Shown here: positions 35,554 through 44,847 of the stretch, in pieces
Layout of the letters: every line of letters starts with the position of its first letter
Position numbering within the stretch: the stretch's first letter is position 1
Assembly: GCA_002898895.1 (NCBI GenBank)
Contig: BEHS01000002.1
Span: 1 to 57,084 of the forward strand
Source of the DNA: a bacterium HR16
GTDB lineage: Bacteria; Armatimonadota; HRBIN16
Length of the DNA: 57,084 nt
Direction: 5' to 3'
The notes under the pieces: model-generated
Databases searched by the model: none
Told to the model about the DNA's origin: nothing
Seen by the model: only the letters and a program-made list of their open reading frames with translations
Position numbers and translations under genes: made by a program

Positions 35554-36270
35554 TCAGCGGAGCAAACTCTCCTCCAGCGCGATGGCGCGTGGGTGAAGGA
35601 TGTTGTTTTCCTTGTGAATGTGCAGGTGCAGGTCCTTCTCCAGAGCCTCCAGAGCTTCCAGCATCGTGCGAGTGGTAGGACAGGCATCCTCGGCGGGCGT
35701 GTAGTTGTTGGTAAGGCGACGCAGGTCGTCCAGTGCCTGCGCTGCGTTATCATGCTCGTACTCCATCATGCGGATGGGGTTCGCTACCGTGCCGAAGTGG
35801 AACCGTAGCGGAGCGTTCGCCTGCTCCATCTGCATAATGGCAGGGAAAAGCACGTGTTCTTCCTTCTGCATGTGCAGTTGCAGTTCGAAGCGCAGGTTCT
35901 CGTAGACCTCGCGCACCTCATCCCATTCGGGGTGGCGTTCGCGGTGGGCATCCGCCACTTTCCGCGTCAGCTCGCTGAGGCGAGGTAGTTCACGCCGCAG
36001 GTACTCATGGTGTGTCGCCACGATATGCTCGCACAGCTCGGTCAGCGTGGCTTGCGACCAGTTGCGTTCCTCGGGATCAGGGGTCTGCTCGGCGTCCAGC
36101 AACGCGCGTACTACCTCATCTACCTGCAGTTGCTTCTCTTCACACGCCTGTTGCAGGCTCTTTTTGCCTCCACAGCAGTAGTCGATGCCGATTTGTTCAA
36201 ACACACGTGCGCGACTGGGGCGCTCGATAACCAGTTGTGCTACGGTTGCAGTGGTGTCAATTGTGCTCAT
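35554..36270 (-). CDS. ric: Iron-sulfur cluster repair di-iron protein (RIC/YtfE/ScdA family)
   Basis: MSTIDTTATVAQLVIERPSRARVFEQIGIDYCCGGKKSL (ScdA_N) followed by two hemerythrin-like HH...E...H segments. ATG 36270 follows AAGGAGGGA. Confidence 0.85.
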   Translation of the reverse strand: MSTIDTTATVAQLVIERPSRARVFEQIGIDYCCGGKKSLQQACEEKQLQVDEVVRALLDAEQTPDPEERNWSQATLTELCEHIVATHHEYLRRELPRLSELTRKVADAHRERHPEWDEVREVYENLRFELQLHMQKEEHVLFPAIMQMEQANAPLRFHFGTVANPIRMMEYEHDNAAQALDDLRRLTNNYTPAEDACPTTRTMLEALEALEKDLHLHIHKENNILHPRAIALEESLLR

Positions 36271-36284
36271 GTTCGTTTCCCTCC

Positions 36285-36620
36285 TTACGGTTGTCCCTTC
36301 TGTTGTTTGAGGAGTACCAGCAGCATCACCACCGGCGTTTTCGCCACCACGCTGTGGGGCAGGTTGGGAGCCATGTAGACCCATGTGCCGGCGGTGGCGA
36401 CGCGCTGGTCTGTTCCAAGCGTCAGGTCTGCCTCGCCCTGCACGAAATGAAGTAAGGCGGGCATAGATGCGGTATGCTCGGAGAGGTCTTGCCCTTTATC
36501 GAAACCGAAGAGCACCACCTTCACGTGTTCATCCTGATACAGCGTGCGGCTCAGGATGCCGTCGCGCGGGATCTCCACCTGTTGTGCCAGGTCGGTGAGA
36601 AACAGGTAAGAGCCGTTCAT
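36285..36620 (-). CDS. Cupin-domain protein
   Basis: 111 aa, ...VVLFGFDKGQDLSEHTASMPALLHFVQGEADLTLG...GTWVYMAPNLPHSV. It is the first gene of the pair with ric. Confidence 0.7.
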   Translation of the reverse strand: MNGSYLFLTDLAQQVEIPRDGILSRTLYQDEHVKVVLFGFDKGQDLSEHTASMPALLHFVQGEADLTLGTDQRVATAGTWVYMAPNLPHSVVAKTPVVMLLVLLKQQKGQP

Positions 36621-36640
36621 TGTTTGCCTTCCTTATATAT

Positions 36641-36666
36641 CAGGATAAGAATATATTCTTATCCTG
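36641..36666. promoter_or_regulatory. Perfect 26-bp palindrome; candidate Rrf2-family operator
   Basis: CAGGATAAGAATAT|ATTCTTATCCTG lies in the 112-bp divergent region between the cupin-ric pair and the Rrf2 gene. Confidence 0.55.
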
Positions 36667-36667
36667 T

Positions 36668-36705
36668 TTGACTTTATTATACCGCTGTGATAAAATAGAT
36701 GTCAA
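36668..36705. promoter_or_regulatory. Overlapping face-to-face divergent promoters
   Basis: Plus strand: TTGACT 36668-36673, 17-nt spacer, TAAAAT 36691-36696 (Rrf2 gene). Minus strand: TTGACA 36705-36700, 18-nt spacer, TATAAT 36681-36676 (cupin-ric). Confidence 0.5.
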
Positions 36706-36732
36706 GGTCTGTAATGGTGAGGAGAAGAAAGA

Positions 36733-37155
36733 ATGATTTCGCAAACAGCAGAGTATGCCCTCAGAGCGATGGTTTATCTGGCGCAGTACCCGGAGCAGGC
36801 GCACACCAACCAGCAGATTGCGCGGGTGACTCGGGTGCCAACGGGCTATTTGGCGAAAGTGCTGCAGAACCTGAGCCGGGCTGGCTTGATCACCTCGCGC
36901 CGAGGGCTGGGCGGGGGATTTGCACTGGCAAAGCCTGCAAACGAGATTACCATCTATGAGGTGGTTCAGGCGGTAGACCCCATTCCGCGTATCACTACAT
37001 GTCCGCTGAAGCTAAAAGCGCACAAGGACAAATTATGCCCGTTGCACCAACGGCTGGACAATGCGTGGGAACAGGTGGAGCAGTCTTTTCGCAGCACTAC
37101 CCTCAGCGATATTATCGACGAAGCGGGCGAGGAGGGCGTGCTGTGCGAGGAGTAG
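36733..37155 (+). CDS. Rrf2-family transcriptional regulator (NsrR/IscR-like, three Cys)
   Basis: MISQTAEYALRAMVYLAQYPEQAHTNQQIARVTRVPTGYLAKVLQNLSRAGLITSRRGLGGGFALAK, with the cluster-ligand spacing C-x13-C in ..TTCPLKLKAHKDKLCPLH... Confidence 0.85.
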   Translation: MISQTAEYALRAMVYLAQYPEQAHTNQQIARVTRVPTGYLAKVLQNLSRAGLITSRRGLGGGFALAKPANEITIYEVVQAVDPIPRITTCPLKLKAHKDKLCPLHQRLDNAWEQVEQSFRSTTLSDIIDEAGEEGVLCEE

Positions 37156-37177
37156 GGTAGAATCTGCGCCATCCGGT

Positions 37178-37202
37178 GGAGGGCGAGGCTCCTGCCGAGC
37201 CG
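37178..37202 (+). repeat. REP unit, class A
   Basis: Identical to the 25-mer at 17678-17702. Confidence 0.7.
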
Positions 37203-37216
37203 TTAGCCCCCCTGTC

Positions 37217-37304
37217 GTCCCCCCGCAAGCAGGGGGACATGACGCTCCTCCCCGCGTGCGGGGAGGTTGGGTGGGGCGAATCGACTCACCGTCGGGTTCG
37301 CCCC
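37217..37304. repeat. Three consecutive G/C-rich hairpins (family D-like) between convergent genes
   Basis: GTCCCCC-N8-GGGGGAC (37217-37238), CCTCCCC-GCGTGC-GGGGAGG (37247-37266) and GGGGCGAA-N16-TTCGCCCC (37273-37304). Confidence 0.5.
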
Positions 37305-37317
37305 TCGGGTCAACAGG

Positions 37318-38544
37318 CTAGTTGATGCTGCTTACCAGCGTGAAGATGGGTGTCATCACGGAGATAGCGATGAAGCCGACCACCACGCCCAGGAAGATGA
37401 TGAGCATCGGCTCAATCATCGAGGTCAACCCCTTGACGGTGGCGTCCACCTCTTTCTCGTAGAAGTCGGAGACCTTCACCAGCATATCGCTGAGGCGACC
37501 GGTCTCCTCGCCCACGTCGATCATGTGGGTGACCATCGTCGGGAACAGACCGCTGGCGCCCAGTGGCGTGCTGAGCTTTTGTCCCTCGCGCACGCTGTTG
37601 CGTGCAGCATCTATTGCATGTGCCAGCACGCTGTTGCCCGCCGTTTCCGCCACGATTTCCAGCGAGCGCATCATCGACACGCCGCTGGCGATAAGCACTC
37701 CGAAGGTGCGGGCAAAGCGCGAGATACTCATCTTCAGCACAAGGTCGCCGATGATGGGCAGACGAAGCTTCACCAGGTCAATCTGGTATCGCCCTTTGGG
37801 GTTCTTGCCGTACTGCTTGAGGAACACCAGCGCACCAACCACCAGCGCAGGCGGTACATACCAGTAAGCCACCGCATAGTCGCTGAGGCTGAACAGAAAC
37901 TGAGTGGCGGCAGGCATCTTCACGTTCATGCTGGCAAAAATCTCCTTGAAGCGAGGCAGCACGAACGTAAGCAGGGCGAACAGCATCACCATCGAGAAAA
38001 TCAGCACCAGCACAGGGTACATCATCGCCGATTTAATCTTCTGGCGGATTTCCAGCTCTTTCTCCAGGAACTGCGCCAGGCGGTCCAGTATCTGGTCCAG
38101 GATACCGCCCACCTCCGCCGCGCGCACCATATTGACGTACAGCTTGGAGAACACCTGTGGATGTTTGCTGAGCGCATCGGCGAGGGACATACCCCCCTTG
38201 ACATCCTGTCGCACCGCCCCGATGACCTCACGCAGCGCAGGGTTTTTGGTTTGCGTCTCCAGCGCATCGAGGCTCTTCAGAATGGGAATGCCTGCGTCGA
38301 TCATCGTGGCGAACTGCCGGCTGAACATCACCAGTTCCAGCAGTTTCACCTTTTTGGAGCGGTTCAGCTCCTTCAGTGCAGCCAGGCTGAACCCTCTGCG
38401 CCCGGGCTGAACGCTAAGCACATGGTAGTGCTGTTCGTGCAACCATGCCAGCACCAGCCGCTCGTCATCGGCTTCCATGACTCCGCGCAGGGTGCGCCCG
38501 GATGGGTCTACGGCGTTATATACAAACTGTGGCATAATACTCAC
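37318..38544 (-). CDS. pilC: Type IV pilus platform protein (GspF/PilC family)
   Basis: 408 aa with two T2SSF repeats and three TM segments: MSIMPQFVYNAVDPSGRTLRGVMEADDE... Confidence 0.88.
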   Translation of the reverse strand: MSIMPQFVYNAVDPSGRTLRGVMEADDERLVLAWLHEQHYHVLSVQPGRRGFSLAALKELNRSKKVKLLELVMFSRQFATMIDAGIPILKSLDALETQTKNPALREVIGAVRQDVKGGMSLADALSKHPQVFSKLYVNMVRAAEVGGILDQILDRLAQFLEKELEIRQKIKSAMMYPVLVLIFSMVMLFALLTFVLPRFKEIFASMNVKMPAATQFLFSLSDYAVAYWYVPPALVVGALVFLKQYGKNPKGRYQIDLVKLRLPIIGDLVLKMSISRFARTFGVLIASGVSMMRSLEIVAETAGNSVLAHAIDAARNSVREGQKLSTPLGASGLFPTMVTHMIDVGEETGRLSDMLVKVSDFYEKEVDATVKGLTSMIEPMLIIFLGVVVGFIAISVMTPIFTLVSSIN

Positions 38545-38553
38545 TCCCCTCGT

Positions 38554-39777
38554 TTATCGCGTTTGCACGAACCGCATGAAGTTCTCGCGATCGATGCAGC
38601 GCAGTACCGCTTCCTCAAACGAAACCAGCCCGTTCAGGTGCAGGTCCGCCAGTGCGCGGTCCATCGTTTGCATCCCCTGCTGGGCGCTGGTTTCCATGAT
38701 GGAGTAAATCTGGTGTACCTTACCTTCCCGAATCAGGTTGCGGATAGCGGAGGTAGCAATCATAATCTCTACCGCCGCCACTCGTCCGCCCCCCAGCATA
38801 GGCAACAGTTGCTGGGCAATCACCGACTCCAGCGTGTTCGCCAGCTGGATGCGGATTTGCTCTTGCTGTTCTGGCGGGAACACGTCCACCACACGGTCAA
38901 TCGTCTGCGGGGCGTTGCGCGTGTGCAGGGTGGCGAACACCAGGTGTCCGGTTTCCGCCAGGGTAAGTGCGGCGCGGATGGTCTCCAGGTCGCGCATTTC
39001 GCCCACCAGAATCACATCGGGGTCTTCACGCAGCACCGCGCGCAGTGCGTTGTGGAACGAGTCGGTATCTGTGCCCAGCTCGCGCTGGTTTACCATGCTG
39101 TTTTTATGGGTATGCAAGTACTCGATAGGGTCTTCGATAGTCATGATATGGCAATTGCGCTCGGTATTGATGACATCGATCATTGATGCGATAGTAGTAG
39201 ACTTACCGGAACCGGTAGGGCCTGTTACCAGAATCAACCCGCTGTGGCGTCGGGTCAGCTCGCGCAGGATAGCCGGCAGGCGCAGTTGCTCCAGAGAGGG
39301 GATCGACGAGGGGATAGCGCGCATAGCGCATCCCACCGAGCCGCGCTGTCGGTACACGTTGAAGCGGAACCTGCCGACATCCTTCACGCCGTACGAGAAG
39401 TCCAGCTCCTTTGTTTTCTCGAACTTCTGTATCTGCTCGCCGGTCAGAATATCATACACCAGCCTCTGGATATCGCGTGGGCTCAGGGGTTCAAAAGGCA
39501 ACGGGTAGAGTCGTCCATCTACGCGCACCATCGGTGGTAGCGACGCCGACAGATGCAGGTCGGATGCACCTTTCTCCACCGTCATGCGCAGCAAATCGTC
39601 GATGTGCATATCATCGATGGAGAGCGTCTCTCCATCGGATGTGCGGCGTTCCGCTGTAGCGGTGGCGACCGCTACGGCGCCCTGAAGATGCCCGGCAGGA
39701 TTGTCTTCATCCAGAGGCACCAGTTCTTCCATGTCATCGCGTCGGTCTATCTGTTGCTGCAGGTAGCTCTGCTCCAT
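38554..39777 (-). CDS. pilT: Twitching-motility retraction ATPase (PilT family) with a ~55-aa N-terminal extension
   Basis: ASDLHLSASLPPMVRVDG, Walker A GPTGSGKSTT, Asp box, Walker B ILVGEMRD and His box [17 protein letters not shown] before ATG 39777. Confidence 0.88.
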   Translation of the reverse strand: MEQSYLQQQIDRRDDMEELVPLDEDNPAGHLQGAVAVATATAERRTSDGETLSIDDMHIDDLLRMTVEKGASDLHLSASLPPMVRVDGRLYPLPFEPLSPRDIQRLVYDILTGEQIQKFEKTKELDFSYGVKDVGRFRFNVYRQRGSVGCAMRAIPSSIPSLEQLRLPAILRELTRRHSGLILVTGPTGSGKSTTIASMIDVINTERNCHIMTIEDPIEYLHTHKNSMVNQRELGTDTDSFHNALRAVLREDPDVILVGEMRDLETIRAALTLAETGHLVFATLHTRNAPQTIDRVVDVFPPEQQEQIRIQLANTLESVIAQQLLPMLGGGRVAAVEIMIATSAIRNLIREGKVHQIYSIMETSAQQGMQTMDRALADLHLNGLVSFEEAVLRCIDRENFMRFVQTR

Positions 39778-39793
39778 GCGAATCTCCTCCTTG

Positions 39794-40669
39794 TCAGGCT
39801 GCCATGCTGTGAAGCCCTGCGCTCCGCTCCACCTCTACGCGGCATCCCTCTATCAGCGTTTCGATCTGCTCGGGTGTGATGTTCAATACTTTCATGGCAT
39901 CCTCGTTAATGAGGTTGTGCCAGTGCTCAGCGTCTGCACCTGTTTCCAGTGCATTGGATATATCGCTGGCGATGGCGACCACGGCAACCAGATTTGGCGC
40001 CGCAGAGGCGGCGGGGATGTAATGGTGATAGCCGATTGCTTCGCCCAGCACGGTGGGCAGATTCCAGTGGATGGCAAGCGCCAGCCCGACGTCGGCGTGG
40101 TTGAAACCGAGAATCTGTTCCTCCGCCTCATGGTGGCGGATACCCAGCCGCTCCGCCGTCTGCACCACCTGTATCATCGCTTGAGGATAGTATTGCTCAA
40201 GCACCGTTTTGCCGATGTCGTGCAGCAAGCCCGCGGCGAAAGCCTCATCGGGAACCACATCGGCTGCGTAGGCGCATACCAGGCGCGTGAGCAAGGAGGT
40301 GTCTACCGAGTGTTTCCAGATGCGCCTCTTCAGCAGGCTCTGGCTATCGGACTTGCCGATGAACATGTTGTAGCAGGACGCGGTCATGGCGATGTTACGC
40401 ACCGTGCGGAAGCCCAGGAACATCACCGCCTCACGCAGTGAGCTCACCCGCCTGGGCAACCCGTAGTAGGAAGAGTTTGCCAGTGTCAGCACCTTGCTGG
40501 TTAGCCCCTGGTCCTGCCCAATCACGTCTTCCAGTTCCTGCGTGGTCGCGCGAGTGTTGCTGGTCATATCCAGCACTTTCATGACCACTTGCGGTAGCAT
40601 GGCGATTTCGCCGATGTTTTGCACCACTTCTTGGGGCGACTTGGGAAACACCCCGATATGTGAACTCAT
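39794..40669 (-). CDS. HDOD-domain signalling protein
   Basis: LPQVVMKVLDMTSNTRATTQELEDVIGQDQGLTSKVLTLANSSYYGLPRRVSSLREAVMFLGF...GLLHDIGK. Confidence 0.8.
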   Translation of the reverse strand: MSSHIGVFPKSPQEVVQNIGEIAMLPQVVMKVLDMTSNTRATTQELEDVIGQDQGLTSKVLTLANSSYYGLPRRVSSLREAVMFLGFRTVRNIAMTASCYNMFIGKSDSQSLLKRRIWKHSVDTSLLTRLVCAYAADVVPDEAFAAGLLHDIGKTVLEQYYPQAMIQVVQTAERLGIRHHEAEEQILGFNHADVGLALAIHWNLPTVLGEAIGYHHYIPAASAAPNLVAVVAIASDISNALETGADAEHWHNLINEDAMKVLNITPEQIETLIEGCRVEVERSAGLHSMAA

Positions 40670-40698
40670 CTGTCTACCTCCGATGCGTCTTGTTTGGT

Positions 40699-42423
40699 TT
40701 AGCCCGAGTAGATAACGCGCAATGATTCCTCCAGAGTGGTGATGCCCAGCAGGATTTTCTGCATGGCATCCTCGCGCAGGGTGCGCATTCCCGCCTCGAT
40801 AGCTGCTTCCCGGATAGCGTATGAAGATGCCCGAGCCAGAATAAGCTCGCGCACTTTGTCGGTAACGGGCATCAGCTCGTAGATGCCGGTACGCCCTTTA
40901 TAGCCTGTGCCTTTACACGCCTCGCAGCCGCGCCCACGATAGAAAGTCACGTTGGAATGCCCTTCGAGGTTCATTCCCAACCGTTGCATGGCGTCGCGCG
41001 GCGGCGTGTACGGTTCCTTGCACTTCGAGCATATCGTGCGTAGCAGGCGTTGAGCCAGCACGCCGACCAGCGAGGAGGCTATCAGGAACGGCTCCACGCC
41101 CATGTCCAGCAACCGCGCCACAGCGCCCGGTGCATCGTTCGTGTGCAAGGTGGACAGCACCAGGTGCCCCGTCAACGCGGCTTCAATGGCGATGATGGCG
41201 GTCTCCGCATCGCGAATCTCGCCTACCATGATGATGTCCGGGTCCTGGCGCAGCATCGCACGCAACCCCGCGGCGAAGGTCATGCCCGCTCTGGGGTTGA
41301 CGTTTACCTGCGTTAAGCCCGGCAGTTCGTATTCCACCGGGTCCTCGATTGTCAAGATATTCTTCTCGCCCGAATTGAGCTTAGAAAGAACCGAGTACAG
41401 CGTTGTTGACTTACCCGAACCCGTCGGTCCCGTCACCAGAATTATTCCATAAGTGCGGGTAATCATCGCCTCAAACATTTCGAGCGTGTAGGGCAACATG
41501 CCGAGTTTGTGAAAGTCCACGGTGATACTGCTGCGGTCTAACACGCGCATGACCACCTTCTCACCATGTACAGAGGGCAGGGTAGAGACACGGAAGTCAT
41601 AAGCTTTGCCGTCGATCACCGCTGAGATGCGGTTGTCCTGTGGCACGCGCTTCTCTGCAATGTCCATATCCGCCATGATTTTGAATCGGCTGATGAGCGA
41701 AGCCTGCACCCGCTTGGGCAGCACCATCGCGTCCTGCATAATGCCGTCGATGCGGTAGCGCACCTTCACAAACTCTTTGGACGGTTCGATGTGGATATCG
41801 CTTGCCTTGTCCTGAATCGCTTTGGTGATAATCAGGTTCGCCAACCGCACAACAGGTGCGTCCTCGCTGAGCTCGCGCAACTGCTCTACGCTGAGATTCT
41901 CCTCGTCCTCTGCGCGCGAGGGACTCTGCACGTCGATGTGTGCGGCGTCTATTTCGCGTACCACCTGGCTCAACACATCGGTCACCGCCGTCTCCTGGCG
42001 GTAGGCAGTGTTGAGCGCGTTGAGCACATCTTCCTCGGTGGCGATGACCGGCTCGACGTCCTTGCCGGTGATGAGACGTATCTCGTCGATGGCGAAGATG
42101 TCCAGAGGATTGACCATCGCCACCGTCAATCGCCCGTTGTTGAGGTTAACGGGCACCGCTTTGAACCGGCGGGCGATGTCCTGTGCCAGCAGTTTCACCG
42201 CTTCGGGCTCTGGTGGCTGTTGCGTCAGGTCCACGTACGCAACGCCCCAGTGTTCGCCCATGCACCGAACGCGATCGCGCTCGGTAATCAACCCCATATC
42301 CACCAGCAACTCGCCGATGTTTTCGTGCGATTGCAGCTGTTTCTGCTTTTCAATCGCCATCGCGAGTTGCTCGCGGGTGATAAGCCCTGCCTGTACAAAT
42401 ATCTCTCCCGTTGTAGACGCCAT
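40699..42423 (-). CDS. pilB: Type IV pilus assembly ATPase (PilB/GspE family)
   Basis: N-terminal T2SSE_N domain, Walker A GPTGSGKSTT, and tetracysteine CSKC...CEAC. Confidence 0.9.
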   Translation of the reverse strand: MASTTGEIFVQAGLITREQLAMAIEKQKQLQSHENIGELLVDMGLITERDRVRCMGEHWGVAYVDLTQQPPEPEAVKLLAQDIARRFKAVPVNLNNGRLTVAMVNPLDIFAIDEIRLITGKDVEPVIATEEDVLNALNTAYRQETAVTDVLSQVVREIDAAHIDVQSPSRAEDEENLSVEQLRELSEDAPVVRLANLIITKAIQDKASDIHIEPSKEFVKVRYRIDGIMQDAMVLPKRVQASLISRFKIMADMDIAEKRVPQDNRISAVIDGKAYDFRVSTLPSVHGEKVVMRVLDRSSITVDFHKLGMLPYTLEMFEAMITRTYGIILVTGPTGSGKSTTLYSVLSKLNSGEKNILTIEDPVEYELPGLTQVNVNPRAGMTFAAGLRAMLRQDPDIIMVGEIRDAETAIIAIEAALTGHLVLSTLHTNDAPGAVARLLDMGVEPFLIASSLVGVLAQRLLRTICSKCKEPYTPPRDAMQRLGMNLEGHSNVTFYRGRGCEACKGTGYKGRTGIYELMPVTDKVRELILARASSYAIREAAIEAGMRTLREDAMQKILLGITTLEESLRVIYSG

Positions 42424-42543
42424 GGCTGGTGCGTGCTCCTCGGCGAGCGATACCGCTCGTTCCTTTCATACAGAACGCGCGGAGGGCGAGTGCGATGTAG
42501 GGGCATCGCGGCTCACCCTCCTCATCACACGGATGCCTCCACT

Positions 42544-44847
42544 CTATTCTTTCCACAGAGTGGCGGTCAGGAACACCATAATCTCCGAGTTGCTGCGTTT
42601 GGTGTTGGTCTGCTTGAACAGGTAGCCCAGTATCGGCAGGTCTCCCAACAGGGGCACTTTCTGCACCAGCTTCAGGTCGCGCTGGGAGATGAGACCGCCG
42701 ATGACCAGCGTTTCCCCACTGCGCAGGCGCACCGCACTGTCGGCAAACCGACGAGATACCTGCGGAATCTCGCCCCCAACAGGCGTCTTCAGGAAACCGG
42801 TGATAAGGCTCACTTCGGGGTGAATCTGCAAGGTGATGTCGCCCTCGGGATTGGTCTTGGCAACCACGTTGAGCTGAATGCCCACGTTTACCTTGCCGGT
42901 GGTAACGCTGACGCCGTTCTGTGTGGACTGCACGCTTTCGATGTAGCGTACCTCGTCGCCGATGAATATCTGCGCCTGTTTGGCGTTGAGCACCAGCAGT
43001 TTCGGGTTCGCCAGCAAGCGCGCTTTGTTATCTTTGAACAGGGCATCCAGCTTCGCACCGATGCCCATAGCGTCTCGGGTCAACCGTCCGAAAACGATGG
43101 TGCCGAAGTTGCCCCGGTCCGGCGGATTCGGGGTATCGAGGGTGAAGTTGGCTTTGGTGCCGCTGAAGTCCCACAGCACGCCCAGCGTGTTATCCACGTC
43201 GGTGCTTACCTCTACCACCTTTGCCTCGATCAGCACCTGAGGTGGAGCGATATCGATGCGAGCCAGAGCCTCTTTCGCACGCTCTACCGCCGCGCGCGGT
43301 CCCGTCAGGATGAGGGTGTTCACCCGTTCATCTATCGACGCATCACCGTTGCCGCCGCCCTGCTGCTGGTTCCCTGCTTGCTGACCGCTGCCGGAGCTTC
43401 CACTGCTTTGTAACGCCAGGTCTACACCCTTCTCGCCGACTGTCCTGCCCGCCGAATCACCCAGCGGAGCGGGAGCAAGCAAGTTAAAGCCCGGGCGCGG
43501 ACCCAGAATGATGGTGACTTCCGGCACCAGCTCCGACACGATGGTGCGCAGGTCGGTGGGGGAGGCGTGTTTCACCGTGTAGGTGTCCACCACCACATCC
43601 TGCTGGGATTGTCCGAGGGTGCTGTCCACCGTCTCGATGAGTTCGGTAGCGGCGCGCACTTCGGCTTCGGTTCCCGATACCAGCGCAACCTTGGTACCGG
43701 CTCCCTTGGCAGGTTGCGCGCTGGTTAAGTTCCACGAAATCTGCACACCCGGCGCCTGTTCCTGAATCACCTTGCCGAGGCTGTTGGGGTCGGCGTAGCG
43801 ATAGGCGACAATCTGCGTGACACGCGCCTGCGGCGCAGAGGTTTGCGTGCCGCTGAGCAAGCTTTGCAGTCCCTGCGGGGTAGCCACCACGTAGGTGTTG
43901 CCCAGCTTGGTGTAACGATAGCCGCTGAGGCGGGTTATCAGGTCCAGAGCCTCTTCCACCCCCACTCCTGCCAGGCTTACGGTGACCGTGCCCTTTACCT
44001 CCGGGCTGGTGACGATGTTGGTCTGTGTTTGCAGAGAAAGCGCCTTGAGCACATCGGCGATTTCCGCCCCTACGAAGTCCACCGTCACACGCGGAGCGGG
44101 GCGTGGCGGGGCAGCTGCGATACGGGTCTCCGCGGCGGGTTTCTGCGGAAGTACCGGCTTGGTTTCCGGCAGCTGTGCCACCTGCACGCCCTCTGCGGGA
44201 GGCTGTGCCGGCTTCTCCTCGGGTTTCTCCACCTGAGCGGGAGCGGATGGTTCTTCTTTCGCCGGTGGCTGTGATTCGGGCTTTGTTGCGGCAGGGCTGG
44301 TCTGCTCTGCAGGCTTTTCCTCCTCAATAGGTGTCGCTCGGCTTAGCCTGGGTGTGGGACGCTCCTGTGCCGGGGTGGTCTGCTGAGTGGACACCGCGGG
44401 TTGTGCGGGCATGTCGCTCTGTGCAGGGGCAGTTTCCGGCGAATATCCTGTTTTCCATACGGTCAGTATCAACGTCTGTCCATCGTCCTGCCTGGTCAGT
44501 TGCGCCGGTCGCTTTTCGCTGGTGGCTATCCAGATGCGTGTGATAGGTGGGCGAGCCTTATACCACCCATAGCGTGCCCAGAGGATGCCACCGCTGCGCA
44601 CTCTCTGGATTTTCGCCTTGCCTATCAGACCGGCAGGCACGTCCACGTACACCCAGCCGCGCCTGCCGTAGAAATGCAGGTTCGGCGTGGTAACAGGAGC
44701 GCTAAGACGCATCACCACCTGGAAAGTGGCGTCAGTCTGGTTGAACTGTATCTGCACGCTTTTGCTGCTGGGCGCGCCCTGTGCGATGATGGATGCTCCC
44801 AGCACGAGCAGCAGTGCTGTAAACAGAAGGGAATATCTACTTCGCAT
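42544..44847 (-). CDS. pilQ: Type IV pilus secretin with an AMIN domain and a long Pro/Ala/Glu/Gln-rich linker
   Basis: Signal peptide; AMIN-like N-terminus; secretin core LLANPKLLVLNAKQAQIFIGDEVRY...VPLLGDLPILGYLFK. Confidence 0.88.
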   Translation of the reverse strand: MRSRYSLLFTALLLVLGASIIAQGAPSSKSVQIQFNQTDATFQVVMRLSAPVTTPNLHFYGRRGWVYVDVPAGLIGKAKIQRVRSGGILWARYGWYKARPPITRIWIATSEKRPAQLTRQDDGQTLILTVWKTGYSPETAPAQSDMPAQPAVSTQQTTPAQERPTPRLSRATPIEEEKPAEQTSPAATKPESQPPAKEEPSAPAQVEKPEEKPAQPPAEGVQVAQLPETKPVLPQKPAAETRIAAAPPRPAPRVTVDFVGAEIADVLKALSLQTQTNIVTSPEVKGTVTVSLAGVGVEEALDLITRLSGYRYTKLGNTYVVATPQGLQSLLSGTQTSAPQARVTQIVAYRYADPNSLGKVIQEQAPGVQISWNLTSAQPAKGAGTKVALVSGTEAEVRAATELIETVDSTLGQSQQDVVVDTYTVKHASPTDLRTIVSELVPEVTIILGPRPGFNLLAPAPLGDSAGRTVGEKGVDLALQSSGSSGSGQQAGNQQQGGGNGDASIDERVNTLILTGPRAAVERAKEALARIDIAPPQVLIEAKVVEVSTDVDNTLGVLWDFSGTKANFTLDTPNPPDRGNFGTIVFGRLTRDAMGIGAKLDALFKDNKARLLANPKLLVLNAKQAQIFIGDEVRYIESVQSTQNGVSVTTGKVNVGIQLNVVAKTNPEGDITLQIHPEVSLITGFLKTPVGGEIPQVSRRFADSAVRLRSGETLVIGGLISQRDLKLVQKVPLLGDLPILGYLFKQTNTKRSNSEIMVFLTATLWKE

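Noticed and set aside
37267-39186. 639-aa plus-strand ORF, rich in His, Gln and Arg, spanning the pilC and pilT region
   Set aside because: It is antisense to two well-supported genes and crosses their boundary. Its composition is typical of GC-rich shadow frames, and it has no RBS or family motif.
41791-43413. 540-aa plus-strand ORF opposite pilB and pilQ
   Set aside because: Shadow ORF antisense to motif-rich genes, with a low-complexity Arg/His/Gln/Leu composition.
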